Source: Malacoraja senta
Lineage: Eukaryota
Assembly (NCBI GenBank): GCA_038087875.1
Contig: CM075988.1
Location: forward strand, 3,658,001-3,722,000
Length of the DNA: 64,000 nt
Reading direction: 5' to 3'
In this document: piece by piece, positions 12,474 to 24,752 of the stretch
How positions within the stretch are numbered: position 1 is the stretch's first letter
How the letters are laid out: each line of letters begins with the position of its first letter
Notes under the pieces: model-generated
Databases searched by the model: none
Told to the model about the DNA's origin: nothing
Seen by the model: only the letters and a program-made list of their open reading frames with translations
Program-made: the position numbers and the translations under genes

Positions 12474-13386
12474 TTAGCGTTTATTGATAGTGATACTTGT
12501 ACTGAACTGTATACACAAATAATTTCCACTGTACCTCGGTACATGTGAGGAATAGATCGGGTACATGCCCAGTATCTTGCCCAAAATAGGTGAATCGAGG
12601 ACCAGAGGACATGGGTTTAAGGGGGAAAGATTTAATAGGACTCTGAGCGGTAACTTTCACACAAAGAGTGGTGGGTGTCTGGAACAAGCTGCCAGAGGAG
12701 GTAGTTGAGGCTGGGACTATCCCAAAATTCAAGAAACAGTTAGACAGGTACATGGATAAGACAGGTTTGGAGGGATATGGACCAAACACGGGCAGGTGGG
12801 ACGTGTGTAGCTGGGACATTTTTGGCTGATGTGGGCAAGTTGGGCTGAAGGGCCTGTTTCCATGCTGTATCAGTCTATGACTATGACCTTGGTACATGTG
12901 ACAATAAAATGCCATTGAAGCATTAAGCCATTGAAACATGCTGTTTAGTAGGTTAATTGGACTCTGTAAATTGTCCCTCATCTGCAGGGAGTGGATAAGA
13001 AAGTGGGATAACATGGGACTTGTGTGAACAGGTGATCGATGATCTGCGTGGACTCTGATAAACTATCTGATAAACAAATAAAGATGGGACTATTGTTGCA
13101 GTTGGTTAGTTCCTGCACAGGATAGGCATTGATCTCAGTGTTGACATCTCCATAGGTACAACCACTTCCACTGATGTGATGAACAACACCTCAACAACTG
13201 CACATGTTACAAAGAGAAAAACAGTGTGAAAAAATAATGAAAATTCAAACAGTATCTGCAAATTTATTTATATTCGATGCACTCATTCAGGAGCATATTT
13301 ATGTACCTGATGTACTCCAACTGAAAGCCAAATGTTATAACAAGGAACTACATAAACTGGTTTACTAAAGAAAGACACAACATGCT

Positions 13387-14711
13387 GTTGCCCTAACTCC
13401 AATCCCAATGAAGTGCTTCGAAAGGCTGGTCCTCTCCCATATCAAATCCAGCATCCCTGCCTCACTGGACTCCCATCAATTTGCATACAGGGCAAATAGA
13501 TCAACAGAGGATGCCATCTCTCTGGCTCTTCACACAGTCCTGACTCACCTGGACAGACAGGGCACGTATGTGAGGATGCTCTTCATTGACTATAGCTCTG
13601 CATTCAATACGGTCATCCCCACCAAGCTCACCACCAAACTCCACCAGCTAGGCCTCAGCTCGCCAATATGCGATTGGATCCTGAACTTTCTGACAGAGCG
13701 ACCACAGGCAGTGAGACTGGGCCCGCACCTGTCCTCCACTATCACCCTGAGCACCGGCACACCACAGGGCTGTGTACTAAGCCCCATGCTCTACTCCCTC
13801 TTCACTCACGACTGTGTCCCTGCTTTCGACACCAACACCATCGTGAAGTTTGCAGACGACACAACAGTGATTGGGCTGATCACCAACGGTGATGAAACAA
13901 AATACAGAGCGGAGGTGCAGAACCTGGCGGACTGGTGCGCTCATAACAACTTGTCACTAAACACATCCAAGACCAAGGAGCTGATTATTGACTTCAGGAG
14001 GTCCCATAATGGAGAATACGCCCCAATCTCCATTTACGGGGAAAGTGTGGAGAGAGTGTCCAGCTTTAAGTTTCTGGGCACTCACATTTCAGAGGACCTC
14101 ACATGGTCCACCAACACCACTGCGCTGGTCAAGAAGGCACAGCAACGACTGTTCTTCCTGAGGACATTAAAAAAGACTGGTCTGCCCCAACAGCTGCTGA
14201 CAACGTTCTACCGCTGCACCACAGAGAGCATATTAACGTATGGCATCTCTGTGTGGTATCTCAGCTGCACGGAGGCGGAGAGGAGAGCTCTTCAGCGCAT
14301 CGTCCACAGAGCGCAGAGGATCATTGGGACAGAGCTACCAGCCTTGGAGGGCATCTACCACACACGGTGCCTCAGGAAGGCCGTCAGCATCCATAAGGAC
14401 TCATCACACCCTTGTAACGGACTGTTTGAACTACTTCCCTCCGGCAGACGTTACAAGGCCTTCTACGCCCGAACCTCCAGACTCAGAAACAGCTTTATTC
14501 CAAGAGCTATAGCGGCTCTGAACCGGCCCTGCTGAGTGCTCCCCCACCCACCCCCCCTGGACAGTCTCCCTCGGATGGTCACGTCACTCAGCTTGCTTGC
14601 TTATTTATTTATCTTACTTTTCTTGTACATCGGTGGAGCTGCATACTAAATCTCGTTGCACTGACGTGCAATGACAATAAAAGATATTATTATTATTATT
14701 ATAATTATTAT
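13387..14711 (+). mobile_element. Rex1/Babar-clade LINE, 5'-truncated, uninterrupted RT reading frame
   Basis: ORF 13408-14535 with [42 protein letters not shown] and KFADD; (ATT)n tail at ~14686-14711. Confidence 0.9.
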
Positions 14712-14912
14712 GTTGATGGCATCTTTGGAGAACATGGATAGATGAGGTTTTGAGTTGGGAACCTTACCTATCCATCTACTCCAGAGATGTTGCTTGGGTT
14801 ATCCAGAGATAACCCTTTGAGTTATTATATTTTTGTGTTTTTCTTTAAAAGAAAACTGCCCTGTCTGTTTCGAGGGATCTGGAGCGTTAGCTTTGCCGTA
14901 TGCCAGCCAATT

Positions 14913-15193
14913 TGTTTAGTTTAGTTTAGAGATACGGTGCGGGAAAAGCCCTTCGGCCCACCGAGTCCGCACCGACCAGCAATCCCCGCATATTAACACT
15001 ATCCTACACACATGAGGAACAATTTACATTTATACCAAGCCAATTAACCTACAAACCTGTACGTCTTTGGACTGTGGGAGGAAACCAAAGTTCTCGGAGA
15101 AAACCACATGGTCAAGGGGAGAATGTAAACTCCGTACAGACAGCACCCGGAGTCGGGATCGAACCCGGGTCTCTGGCTCTGTAAGCGCTGTAA
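14913..15193 (-). mobile_element. V-SINE split by the Harbinger block; remainder at 18459-18484
   Basis: The consensus gctg-taa-ggcagcaactctaccgctgcgccacc is broken after taa (15193) and resumes at 18459. Confidence 0.85.
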
Positions 15194-16097
15194 AGCCCCT
15201 GTCCCACTTAGGAAACCTGAACGGAAACCTCTGATGACCTAGTTTCCGTGAGGTTCCCGGAGGTTTTGGTCACTCTCCCTAATTGTCGAAAGTGGTTTCC
15301 GCGTAGTCGAGGCTTCTTCTATGTTCCTGCGATTATTTCAACAAAATCAAAACTGGCCTCGACTAAAAATAGTTTGCCGTTTGGTCGAAGCCAGTGGAGT
15401 GGGGTCGCTATTTACTTACAGGCAGTCGAAGGCAATCTCCTTCGCTGACCAGCCATTTTGATTGGCTCATTGGAGTTTTCAGCAAAGATCCTGTAGGAGC
15501 TTTGGTTTTCAGGACCTAGAAGAGCCGCCGGAAGGTAAAATGCCCGCTAACTTTGTTAAACTTCTTTAAAATGTCTCCTTCACTGCCTCCACTCCTTCTC
15601 TCCCCCTTCTCTCTCCTCTTCTCTCCCCTTCTCTCCCCTTCTCCCCCCTTCTCTCTCCTCTTCTCTCCTCTTCTCTCTCCTCTTCTCACTCCCCTTCTCT
15701 CTCCCCTTCTCTCTCCCCTTCTCTCCCCTTCTCTCCCCTTCTCTCCCCTTCTCTTCCCCTTCTCTTCCCCTTCTCTGTCCTTCTCTCCCCTCCTTTCCCC
15801 TTCTGTCCCTCCCTCCCGCGCTCTCTAAAGGCCTTACCGTGCTCTGTGGCAGCCGTTTACCTTCCTCTTCATTGCACAGACAGCGCTGCTCCGCTGTCCC
15901 TGGCCCCCACCTTCGCGATGTGTTTGTGTGTGTGTGTGTGTGCAGTCGGTAGCAAAGATCCTGTCGGATCTTTGGTCAGTAGATGCAGCTCACGCTTCGG
16001 TGGAGGCTTTCCAGGCGGGTGACCAAAACCTGTGGCGACTCATGGAAACCTTGGGTGGGTCGCAAGGTCACCAGAGGTTTCCGTTCAGGTTTCCTAA
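15194..16097. mobile_element. Harbinger-type MITE with internal CT-rich microsatellite
   Basis: Begins taa|agcccctgtcccacttaggaaacctgaacggaaacc. The inverted copy ggtttccgttcaggtttcctaa ends at 16097 with the outer TIR lost at the junction with element A. Internal blocks are shared with 41306-41893. Confidence 0.8.
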
Positions 16098-16099
16098 TG

Positions 16100-18455
16100 G
16101 CCCTGTCTCACGGTGCGAGTCCACCCACGAGTGATCCCGAGTGAAAGAAAATATCAAACTCGTGGTTGTCGACGAGATTCCAAGTTTATGTTCACGAGTT
16201 TAAACCAGTTCCCACGTGTATGTCTAAGTTTGCCGTTTACTTCTCATTTCTGCGATGTACCAAGTTCCTCTCCCGAGTTACTCTTGAGCCAACAACGACT
16301 ACCGACGTGTGGAAAAATCATCACATGGTAAAAATGATGTCATGCAGTTTTTTTTACACTATAAAAAGACCCAGCCTGAAGAACGATCTCGACAACCTAT
16401 TTCTTTTCTCCAGAGATGCTGCCTGACCAGCTGAGTTAGTCCATCATTTTGTGTCTATCTTTGGTTTAAACTAGTATCTACAATTCCTTCCTTCAAACTT
16501 TTAGAGCAGTTTGTTTCAAGAAACAATCCTTCCAAAATTGCATTCAAAAGTCAATTTGAACTGCATTTGTTCAAGGTCTGGCATCAATCATTGAAAGGCA
16601 TAGGCTGTTTTGTGTCGGGAGGAACTGCAGATGCTGGTTTACACCGAAGATAGACACAAAATGCTGGAGTAACTCAGCGGGACATGCAGCATTTCTGGAG
16701 AGAAGGAATGGGTGACGTTTCTGGGTGAGTCCTTCTTCAGACTGAAAAAACGTTTCGACCCTTCTCTCCAGAGATGCTGCCGGCTTGGCTGAGTTACTCC
16801 AGCTTTTTGTGTCTAGTAAGATTGTTTTATTCCCTTAATTTATCTCTCATCAAAACGTTGGTAAACTTCTAACAAAAAGATTACGTAAATTGGACATTAA
16901 CGTTATTTTTCCCCCCGACAGCAAGGTCCGTAGACCAGAGGGATAGCAGTGTGTGTGTCTCTACTCACCCAGTATGTCCGTCAGAGCAGCCGTCCCACCG
17001 TCGCGACTTAAACTGTATAAAGGTAGCGGCTCAAAACAGTGCTGATTGGGCAGATCTGCCCAGGAACCACCTCTTTCACACTCACCCCAGCCCTGGGAAA
17101 CAAGTTTTCAGAGCCCTACAGTCGCCCCAGCCCGCCCGCAACCTTTGAATGAAAGACAAAGCTCAAACTCTGCACCGAGGTCAGGATCGAACCCGGGTCT
17201 CTGGTGCTGCCAGGATGATAAAAAAAATCAATTAAAAGAATTGATAGGAAAAGCTACTGATGATACATTTATATCAGTTAATAAACAGCAAAAGCAACTT
17301 GAGAATGTTTAATTGATAAAAGATTTCCTGTCTGAATTGGTTTAAATCTGGTATTTTTACGCATCTTTGGTATTTGCATAATGAGGTGTGGAAGGGACAG
17401 CTCTGACCTTCAGTCGCTCTTGTTATGCACTCAACATGCAGGACTATTTGGTTATGTTTTAATCTTTATCCTGAGATAGGAGAAATAAACAAAAAGATCG
17501 CTATTGACATGCTCTGAGTCATCATCTATCCATGCAGAGATTTCCACACGGTTAATATAATTGTAAGTGGCCGCTTTTTAAATCCTTCTTCCCCATTATG
17601 TCACAATAACCATTTTAATTTTGCACACTGTTATTCTTGTTACGTTGGATAAAAGATTGTTATCCCATAAATAAGAACCAATAATAGTGAGGTGCTTGCT
17701 TCAGATTCTTCTGTTCCTATGATTCTCTCTCTGTTTCTCTGTCTTGTCTCCTCCTCTCTCTCTCCCTTCTCCCCCTCCCTCTCTCCCCACCCTCTCTCCC
17801 CATGGGCAATCACTACCAAACTGTCTGCCCACACAGTCAGTACACCTATCCTACACTTATCTCCCATACTAAGTCACCCCAACCCCCCCCACTCCCCTCC
17901 CCTCCCCCCCGACCCCCACCTTTCCCTCCCAACTCCAGCCCGTCCCGACTCCCTGAGAAACTGAAGGGAGCGACAATCAACTGCCGCGGATACAAATAAT
18001 GTCATACACAAGAAAGGGCAGATGCTGGTTGACAAAAAGTGAACACACAGTGTTGGAGTAACACAAAGACACAGCAGAATTTTGGAAACGTCATCCCGTC
18101 ACCCATTCCTTCTCTCCAGAGATGCTGCCTGCCCCGCTGAGTTGAAGAGTTCCCCACGGTAGACTCACGAGTCACTAAGGTAAACTCACGGGCCACTACG
18201 TTCTTACAACGAGTTTAAAAGTTTAAAATGTTTACTTCAAGAGCAAATTTGACTCGTGGAAATCTTTCATCATGTTGAAAGATTTTCACGAGTTAACAAG
18301 TTTCCCGAGTACCTGCCGTTAGCGTTACGAGTCGCTAAGTTACTTCCACGAGTTCCGACGTTCCCGCTTCGTTAATTCTACGTGATTACCACGAGTTTGA
18401 TTTGCTTTAAACTCGGGATCACTCGTGGGTGGACTCGCACCGTGAGACAGGGGTT
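16100..18455. mobile_element. Non-autonomous PIF/Harbinger-type DNA transposon with internal cargo (element A; same family as B, opposite orientation)
   Basis: TIR ccctgtctcacggtgcgagtccacccacgagtgatcccgagt at 16101 matches the reverse complement of ~18411-18453. The arms are homologous to those of element B. Together with the adjacent MITE it splits a V-SINE (14913-15193 and 18459-18484). Confidence 0.8.
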
Positions 18456-19924
18456 TCAGGCAGCAACTCTACCGCTGCGCCACCAAAATTAATTTCAAAT
18501 AACCGACCAGTGTGGGACATGAGAAAGGTGTAGGTCAGATCAGGCAAGCATAATCGAGTCAGTGGGGGTGTTTTTTTCACCAGTCGCTTGTTGCTTGGAC
18601 ATCCCTATGTCTGTCCACAGCAAATTTAGTGTAGGAAGGATGCTGGTTTACATTGAAGATAGACACAACATGCTGGAGTAACTCAGCGGGACAGTCAACA
18701 ACGCTGGAGTGAAGGAATGGGTGATGTTTCGGGTCGAGACCCTTCTTCAGACTGAGAGTCAGGGACAGAGAGTCTAGAGCTATAGAAGGGTAAGGTGTAA
18801 AAGTGATAGATCAAAGCGGATGATGATAAGGAAATGTAAAATGGTTCATCGTTAGCTGAGCGGATTTAGTGACTGGATGTAGTGGAAACAAGAGAGTAGC
18901 TGCTGATCATCACGGCCTGAATCTCACTGAAGATAGACACAAAATGCTGGAGTAACTCAACGGGACAGGCAGCATCTCTGGAAAAAAGGAATAAGTGACT
19001 TTTCGGGTCGAGACCCTTGTTCAGACCCAATGTGTTACTTCAGCATCTTTGGTGTAAACCAGCATCTGCAGTCCCTTGCTACACCTGGATCTCAATGGAT
19101 GTAATAGAGAGGGTAAGACCAACATGGTGCCTAGGGTTGGCACCGACATATTCCTGTCATGCCCTTAACATGGACGAAGGTAACACATTGATGTACAGCA
19201 GTATCATGGAATCCAAGTCTTGCTCCCTGAAAGTGGCAATACAAGTAGTGCTAGTTCAGAGATACAGCGTGGAAACATGCCCTTTGCCCACTGAGTCCGC
19301 ATCGACCATCGATCACCTGTACACTAGCTCTATCCTCCACACTAGGGACAATTTACAGAAGCCAATTAACCTACATCTGTAGTCAGGATTGAACCCGGGT
19401 CTCTGGCGTAGCAAGGCAGTAACTCTACCTCTGTGCCACTGTGCCACTCAAGAAGATAGAGTAGTAAGGAAGGCATACAGTTAAGTGGCATTGAGTGTAC
19501 AAATCAGGAAATCATATGGCAGCTTCGTAGAACACATTTGGGGTATTGTTTGCAGTTCTGATGTGGACGTTTTGGAGAGGGTGCTGGAGAGGTTTACCGG
19601 AGTGCTGCCTGGATTATAGGGTATTAGGTGTAAGGAAAGGTTGCATCGATGTAGAAACAAGGAACTGCAGATGCTGGTTTACAAAAGAATAGTGTGCTGG
19701 AGTAGCTCGGCAGGTCAGGCAGCATCTCGGGAACGCATAGCTAGGTGACGTTTCAGGTTGGGACCTTTCTTCACTTCTCTTCAGATAAACTTGGATTGTT
19801 GTCTCTGGAATGCTGAAAGTTGAGGGGAGACTTGATACATAAAATGATGAGAGGCATAAATAGGGTAGACAGTCGGAACCTTTTTCCAAGGTGGAAATTT
19901 TAAAGACTGGCGGGCAGAGCATTA

Positions 19925-20537
19925 AGCCCTTGTCCCTCTTTGGTGATTTTTTTCGGCAACTACAGGTGACTAGGCTGTCGCCACATGGTCGCGGGGGTGA
20001 CGCCTGTATGGTCGTGAGTCGTCTCCTCAAGTCGCCTAAAGAGTCGTAACGTTTTTCTGGTCGCCGCTGGATTTTCAAATGTTCAAAACTTTTCGGGGAC
20101 TGTGGGCTTGACGTAGCTTGTCTGCTCCTGTTGTAGGTTGTCGCCAGGATGACACAGGTTGTTGCCAGGTGACGTTGGTTGTCGCCGGGTGCTGACTTCG
20201 GTGAATTCCATTGGCGACTACCTACGTCAACAGGCGACAGGTAACGGCGACTGAATTGCCTTCAGTTGTCTTCAGTTGCCACCGACAGGGTCGTTGCTTG
20301 TCGTAGCTTGTCGCGGGTGGATGTAAGTTGACTTTGGTTGTTGTAGGTTGTCATAGGTGTGGTCATAGGTGGACGTCCTAATGGGTCACCGGTTGTCGGT
20401 AGCTTGCCGTAGCTGGTTGTCGTAGCATGTTGTAGACATTGTTGTGGGGGGGAGGGGGGGGTCCACTCGCCGCTTTTTTGGCGACCTGCTACGATTGTGG
20501 CAGTCGCCGAAAAAATTGCCTAAGTGGGACAGGCCCT
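19925..20537. mobile_element. Harbinger-type MITE inserted in a CR1 remnant
   Basis: tta|agcccttgtccc ... gtgggacaggccct|tta; TTA TSD. Confidence 0.85.
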
Positions 20538-20739
20538 TTAAGGTGAGATTGGTAAAGATGAAAGGAGATGTGCAGGGCAAGGTGGCTGCTGCTGATGGTG
20601 GTGGTGGAGGCAGATATGATCTTGACATATACAACAGTTGTGTTTAAGAGGCCTTTGGATTTACAGGGAATGGAGGTATTATGAATCACGTGCATGCAGA
20701 GATTAGTTTAATTTGGCATCATATACAGCAGGGACATAA

Positions 20740-22780
20740 AACCCTTGCCTCACGGTGCGAGCTGACCCACGAGGTACCCCGAGCTTAAAACAAATTTAAC
20801 TCGTGGTAATCACGTACGATTAACGTAGCAGGAACGTCGGAACTCGTGGACGCAACTTAGCGACTCGTGGCGCTAATGGCAGGTACCCGTGAAACTTGTT
20901 AACTCTTGGAAAAATTCAAACATGTTTAAAGTTTTCCACGAGTAAAATGTACTCTTGAGGTTAAAAATTGAAACATTTAAACACGTTGTAAGAACGCAGT
21001 GGCCCGTGCGTTTACCTTAGTGACTCGTGAGTCTACCGTGGGAAGTCTTTAACTCACCGGGCAGGCAGCATCTCTGGAGATAAGGAATGGGTGATGGGAT
21101 GACATTTCCAAATTTGGGGGGGGGGGGTGAGGAGGGAGGGGGGGGGTGGAGGAGAGAGGGTGGAAAGTGGAGGGAGAGGAGGGGGAGACAGATGGGGGTG
21201 TCTTCATTCACTGGTGGCGGGTGCCGGTCACTGAAACAGGCAGGTGAGATTTCACATCCACCTTGTGTGTGTGTGTGTGTGTCTCTCTCCCTCCCTGCCT
21301 CTCACACAGGCTGAGAGACTCTGCCTCTGTGAGTGTACGTCTCTTTCTCCCCCTCCCACACACAGTAAGACTGAGGTAAGTCCATCTGTGTCTCCCACAT
21401 ACACAGTAAACTCTGCTTTGTGTGTGTATATACGTCTCCCCCCATTTCTCTTTATCCCCCCCTCCACCTCTCTCTTTCTCCCCCCCCCCACCTCTCTCTT
21501 TCTCCCCCCACACACAATAAGACCGATGTATTGTGCTTAGTCTCTCTTCCCTCCCACACACACAGATAGACCGAGGTCCAGTGCGCTCTTTCTCTCTCCC
21601 CCACAGTCACGCCGAAGTACACCACACTGCCTCTGTGCCTCTCTCTCTCTCTCTCTCTCTCCCCCTCTCTCCTTCATACACAGTCAGAGGTCCACAGTGT
21701 CTCTGTGTCTCTCTCTCCCCACTACACACACACACAGACTGAGGTACACACTGCCCGTTGTGTGTGTGTGTGTGTCTGCCTCTGTCTCTCTCTCCCCACA
21801 CACACAGTTAAAGGTACTCCACGCTGCCTGTGTGTGTGTGTGTGTGTGTCTCTCTCTCTCTCTCTGCCCCACCCCCCACACCCACACACAGTCAGTCAGT
21901 CAGAGGAACTCCACACTGTGTGTGTGTGTGTGCGCCTCTGTCTCTCCCTATCACAGTCAGAGTGAGGTACTCCCCCCGCAGTCTCTCCGCGGGCTCTCCC
22001 CGGGCAGGGTGCATCTGCCTCCCTCAGGCTGCCCAGGCAGTCAGACACGACTCTGGTGGCGGGCTCCATGCACAGCTCCTGCCGGCCGGCTGGGAGCGGC
22101 GACGGAGGACAGGGGGAAGTTGGCCACCAGCGGGGCAGTCTCGGCTCTCCATGCACTCCGAGTCTCGCTGGATCCTCGTAATCCTCTGCCTCTGTCAAAT
22201 GGGTGAGTTTAACCTGACCCCCCCCCCCACCCCAACCTCCCTCCACCTCAACTCACGCCTGGGCACCAAAGCAGCTCAGGAGGCGAACCCTGAGGTCCTT
22301 CTCCCAACAATCTGATGTGCACATCCGTGCACATTCAAAGATTTCATCTCCAGTCTCCCCGCAGTGTGTAGACCTGGCAGTAAATTCAATTAAAATATAG
22401 CAAACCTCCGCCTGCTGGTCTTCTAACTACGTGATGTGTGTTTCAAACAAATCATCAGTATAACTGCTCTGGCACTGGACGGTGCGCATTTTCCCTTTGT
22501 AGGTCACATCAATCGATGCAGCCTTCAAAGCTGCAGGATGGAGATGTTGCTTATTAAAACAGACTTTCATTGAGGGTTGGCTCAAGAGTACTTTGGAAAG
22601 GAACTTGTTAACTCGGGAGACGAACTTGGAACATCGCAGAAATGACAGTAAACGGCAAACTTGAGTCATACCCGTGGGAACTCGGTTAAACTATTGATCA
22701 TACACTTGGAATCTCGTGCACAACACGAGTCTTTCGCTCGGGGTACCTCGTGGGTCAACTCGCACTGTGAGACAGGGCTT
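20740..22780. mobile_element. Non-autonomous PIF/Harbinger-type DNA transposon with internal cargo (element B)
   Basis: TIRs of ~45 bp: aacccttgcctcacggtgcgagctgacccacgaggtaccccgagc versus right-end reverse complement aagccctgtctcacagtgcgagttgacccacgaggtaccccgagc. TAA TSD at 20737-20739 and 22781-22783. The flanks rejoin into a CR1-like 3' end (gggaca-taa-tggactgaagg). Confidence 0.85.
22151..22202 (+). other. Candidate signal-peptide first exon (MHSESRWILVILCLCQM-G) inside element B
   Basis: ATG at 22151 after a GC-rich leader, 17 codons with hydrophobic core WILVILCLC, then TGG|GTGAGT phase-1 donor. No downstream + strand exon identified. Confidence 0.5.
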
Positions 22781-23404
22781 TAATGGACTGAAGGTAGACA
22801 CAACATTCTGGAATTACTCAGCTGGTCAGGCAGCTTCTGTGGAGAAAAAAGATGGATGGGTGATGTTTCGGGTCCCACTAATTAACCTACTAACCTATAT
22901 ATCTTTGGAATGTGGGAGGAAATCAGAGCACCTGGAGGAAACCCGTGTGGACAAAGGGAGAACATGCAAACTCAACATAGATAGCACCCGAGGTCAGGAT
23001 CGAACCTGTGTCTCTGTGCACTGTCAGGCAACAGCTCTACTGTGCCTCTGTGATGCCCAGGTAGATAGGGAAGGCATAAGGTATATTTGCCTTCATCGAC
23101 AGAGGCAGCACTCGAGGTCAGGATCGAACCTGGGACTCTGGGCACCGTGAGGCAGCAGCTCTACCAGCTGTGCCACCGTGCCACTGCTAGATATTAAGCA
23201 GCGGGTTCAGCAGAACTTGATGATATCTGCTCGTGTGGTAGAGGAGGGGACCATTGTTTCACTGAGGGAGCTCCGTGAACCCAGGTCCTGTGACACACAC
23301 GAGTGACGAGGATGTCCAAATTGTCTGAAACCCAGAAGCACCAGAAGTCGATCAGATAAACGTAGAGGACACGAGTCTCACATCTGGTTAACAGGCTCTG
23401 ATCA

Positions 23405-24035
23405 TGAGGTCATAAATGGTAGGAGCAGAATTAGGCCAATTGGCGCATCAAGTCTACTCCACCATTCAATCATGGCTGGTCTATCTCTCTCTCCCAACCT
23501 CATTCTTCTGCCTTAGAATCTAGCCATCTCTGCCTTAAAAATATTCATTGGCCTCCACAGCCTTCTGTGGCAAGAATTCCACAGGTTCAGCACCCTCTGA
23601 CTAAAGAAATTCCTCCTCATCTCCTTCCTAAAGGAACGTCCTTTAATTCTGAGGCTATGACCTCTAGTACAAGACCCCCACTAGTGGAAACATCCTCTCC
23701 ACATCCACTCTCTCCAAGCCTTTCAATATTCGGTAAGTTTCAATGATGTCTCATCCTTCTAAACTCCAGCGAGTACAGGCCCAGTGCCGTCAAACGCTCA
23801 TCATATGTTAACGCATTCATTCCTGGGAACATTCTTGTAAACCTCCTCTGGACCCTCCCCAGAGACAGCAGATCCTTCCTCAGACATGGTGGCCAAAATT
23901 GCTCACAATATTCCAAATCCGGCCTGACCAGTGCCTTGTAGAGCCTCAGCATCACATCCCTGTTTTTGTATTCCAGCCCTCTTTAAATAAATGCTAGCAT
24001 TGTTTTTGCCTTCCTTACTAACGATTCGACTGATT
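23405..24035 (-). mobile_element. CR1 3' fragment
   Basis: LYKALVRPDLEYCEQFW...RVQRRFTRM plus 3' UTR. Confidence 0.85.
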
Positions 24036-24594
24036 CCTTACTACTGCTAGTCTCCGAACTGAACCCAGATCACTGTTGAGAACATCCCTCCTATTCATTT
24101 GCTAGTTTACCAGCACATCAGCCACCAGCAGTAGGGATCTCTCTCTGCCAGGCTACAGCTGAAGAACAAAGTTGCTTGGATTCCCCACAGCAGATGATCG
24201 CACTGCTTGATATTTAACAAGTAATTGTTGAATGTTGGCATGACTGGGGGAGCCAGGATTTATCCGCCAATCTCAGTTACTCTTGAGAAAGCGGTGGTGA
24301 GTTGTATTTTTCAAGCTGCTGTAGTCTATGTGGTAAGAGCACAATAAACCCTCATATTTTGCTTGGGCAGCTTGCAACCCAGCAGTATGAAAATTGATCT
24401 CTCTAACTTCAAGTAACCCTTGCATCCCCGCTCTCTCCATCCCTCCCCCAGCCAAGTCATACCAGCTTCAAAATCAACGAAGGGTCTCGACCCGAAACGT
24501 CACTTCTCTCCATAGATGTTGCCTCAGGCACTGAGTTACTCCAGCATTTTGCGTCTACCTTCCAAATCAACTTGTTGAGTCTGATTGTCTGCAG

Positions 24595-24752
24595 AATGCC
24601 AGTCCCACTTACGTGATTGTTTCGGCGACTGCCGGCACCCGTCATAGTCACGGCAGGTGGCTGAACATTTTCAACATGTTGAAAATCCAGCGGCGACCAG
24701 AAAAAGGTACGACTCTTTGGGCGACGACTCACGGCCATACAGACGTCACGTG
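24595..24752. mobile_element. Harbinger-type MITE fragment
   Basis: gtcccactt TIR remnant and the ttttcaacatgttgaaaatccagcggcgaccag block shared with 19925-20537; second end not found. Confidence 0.6.
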
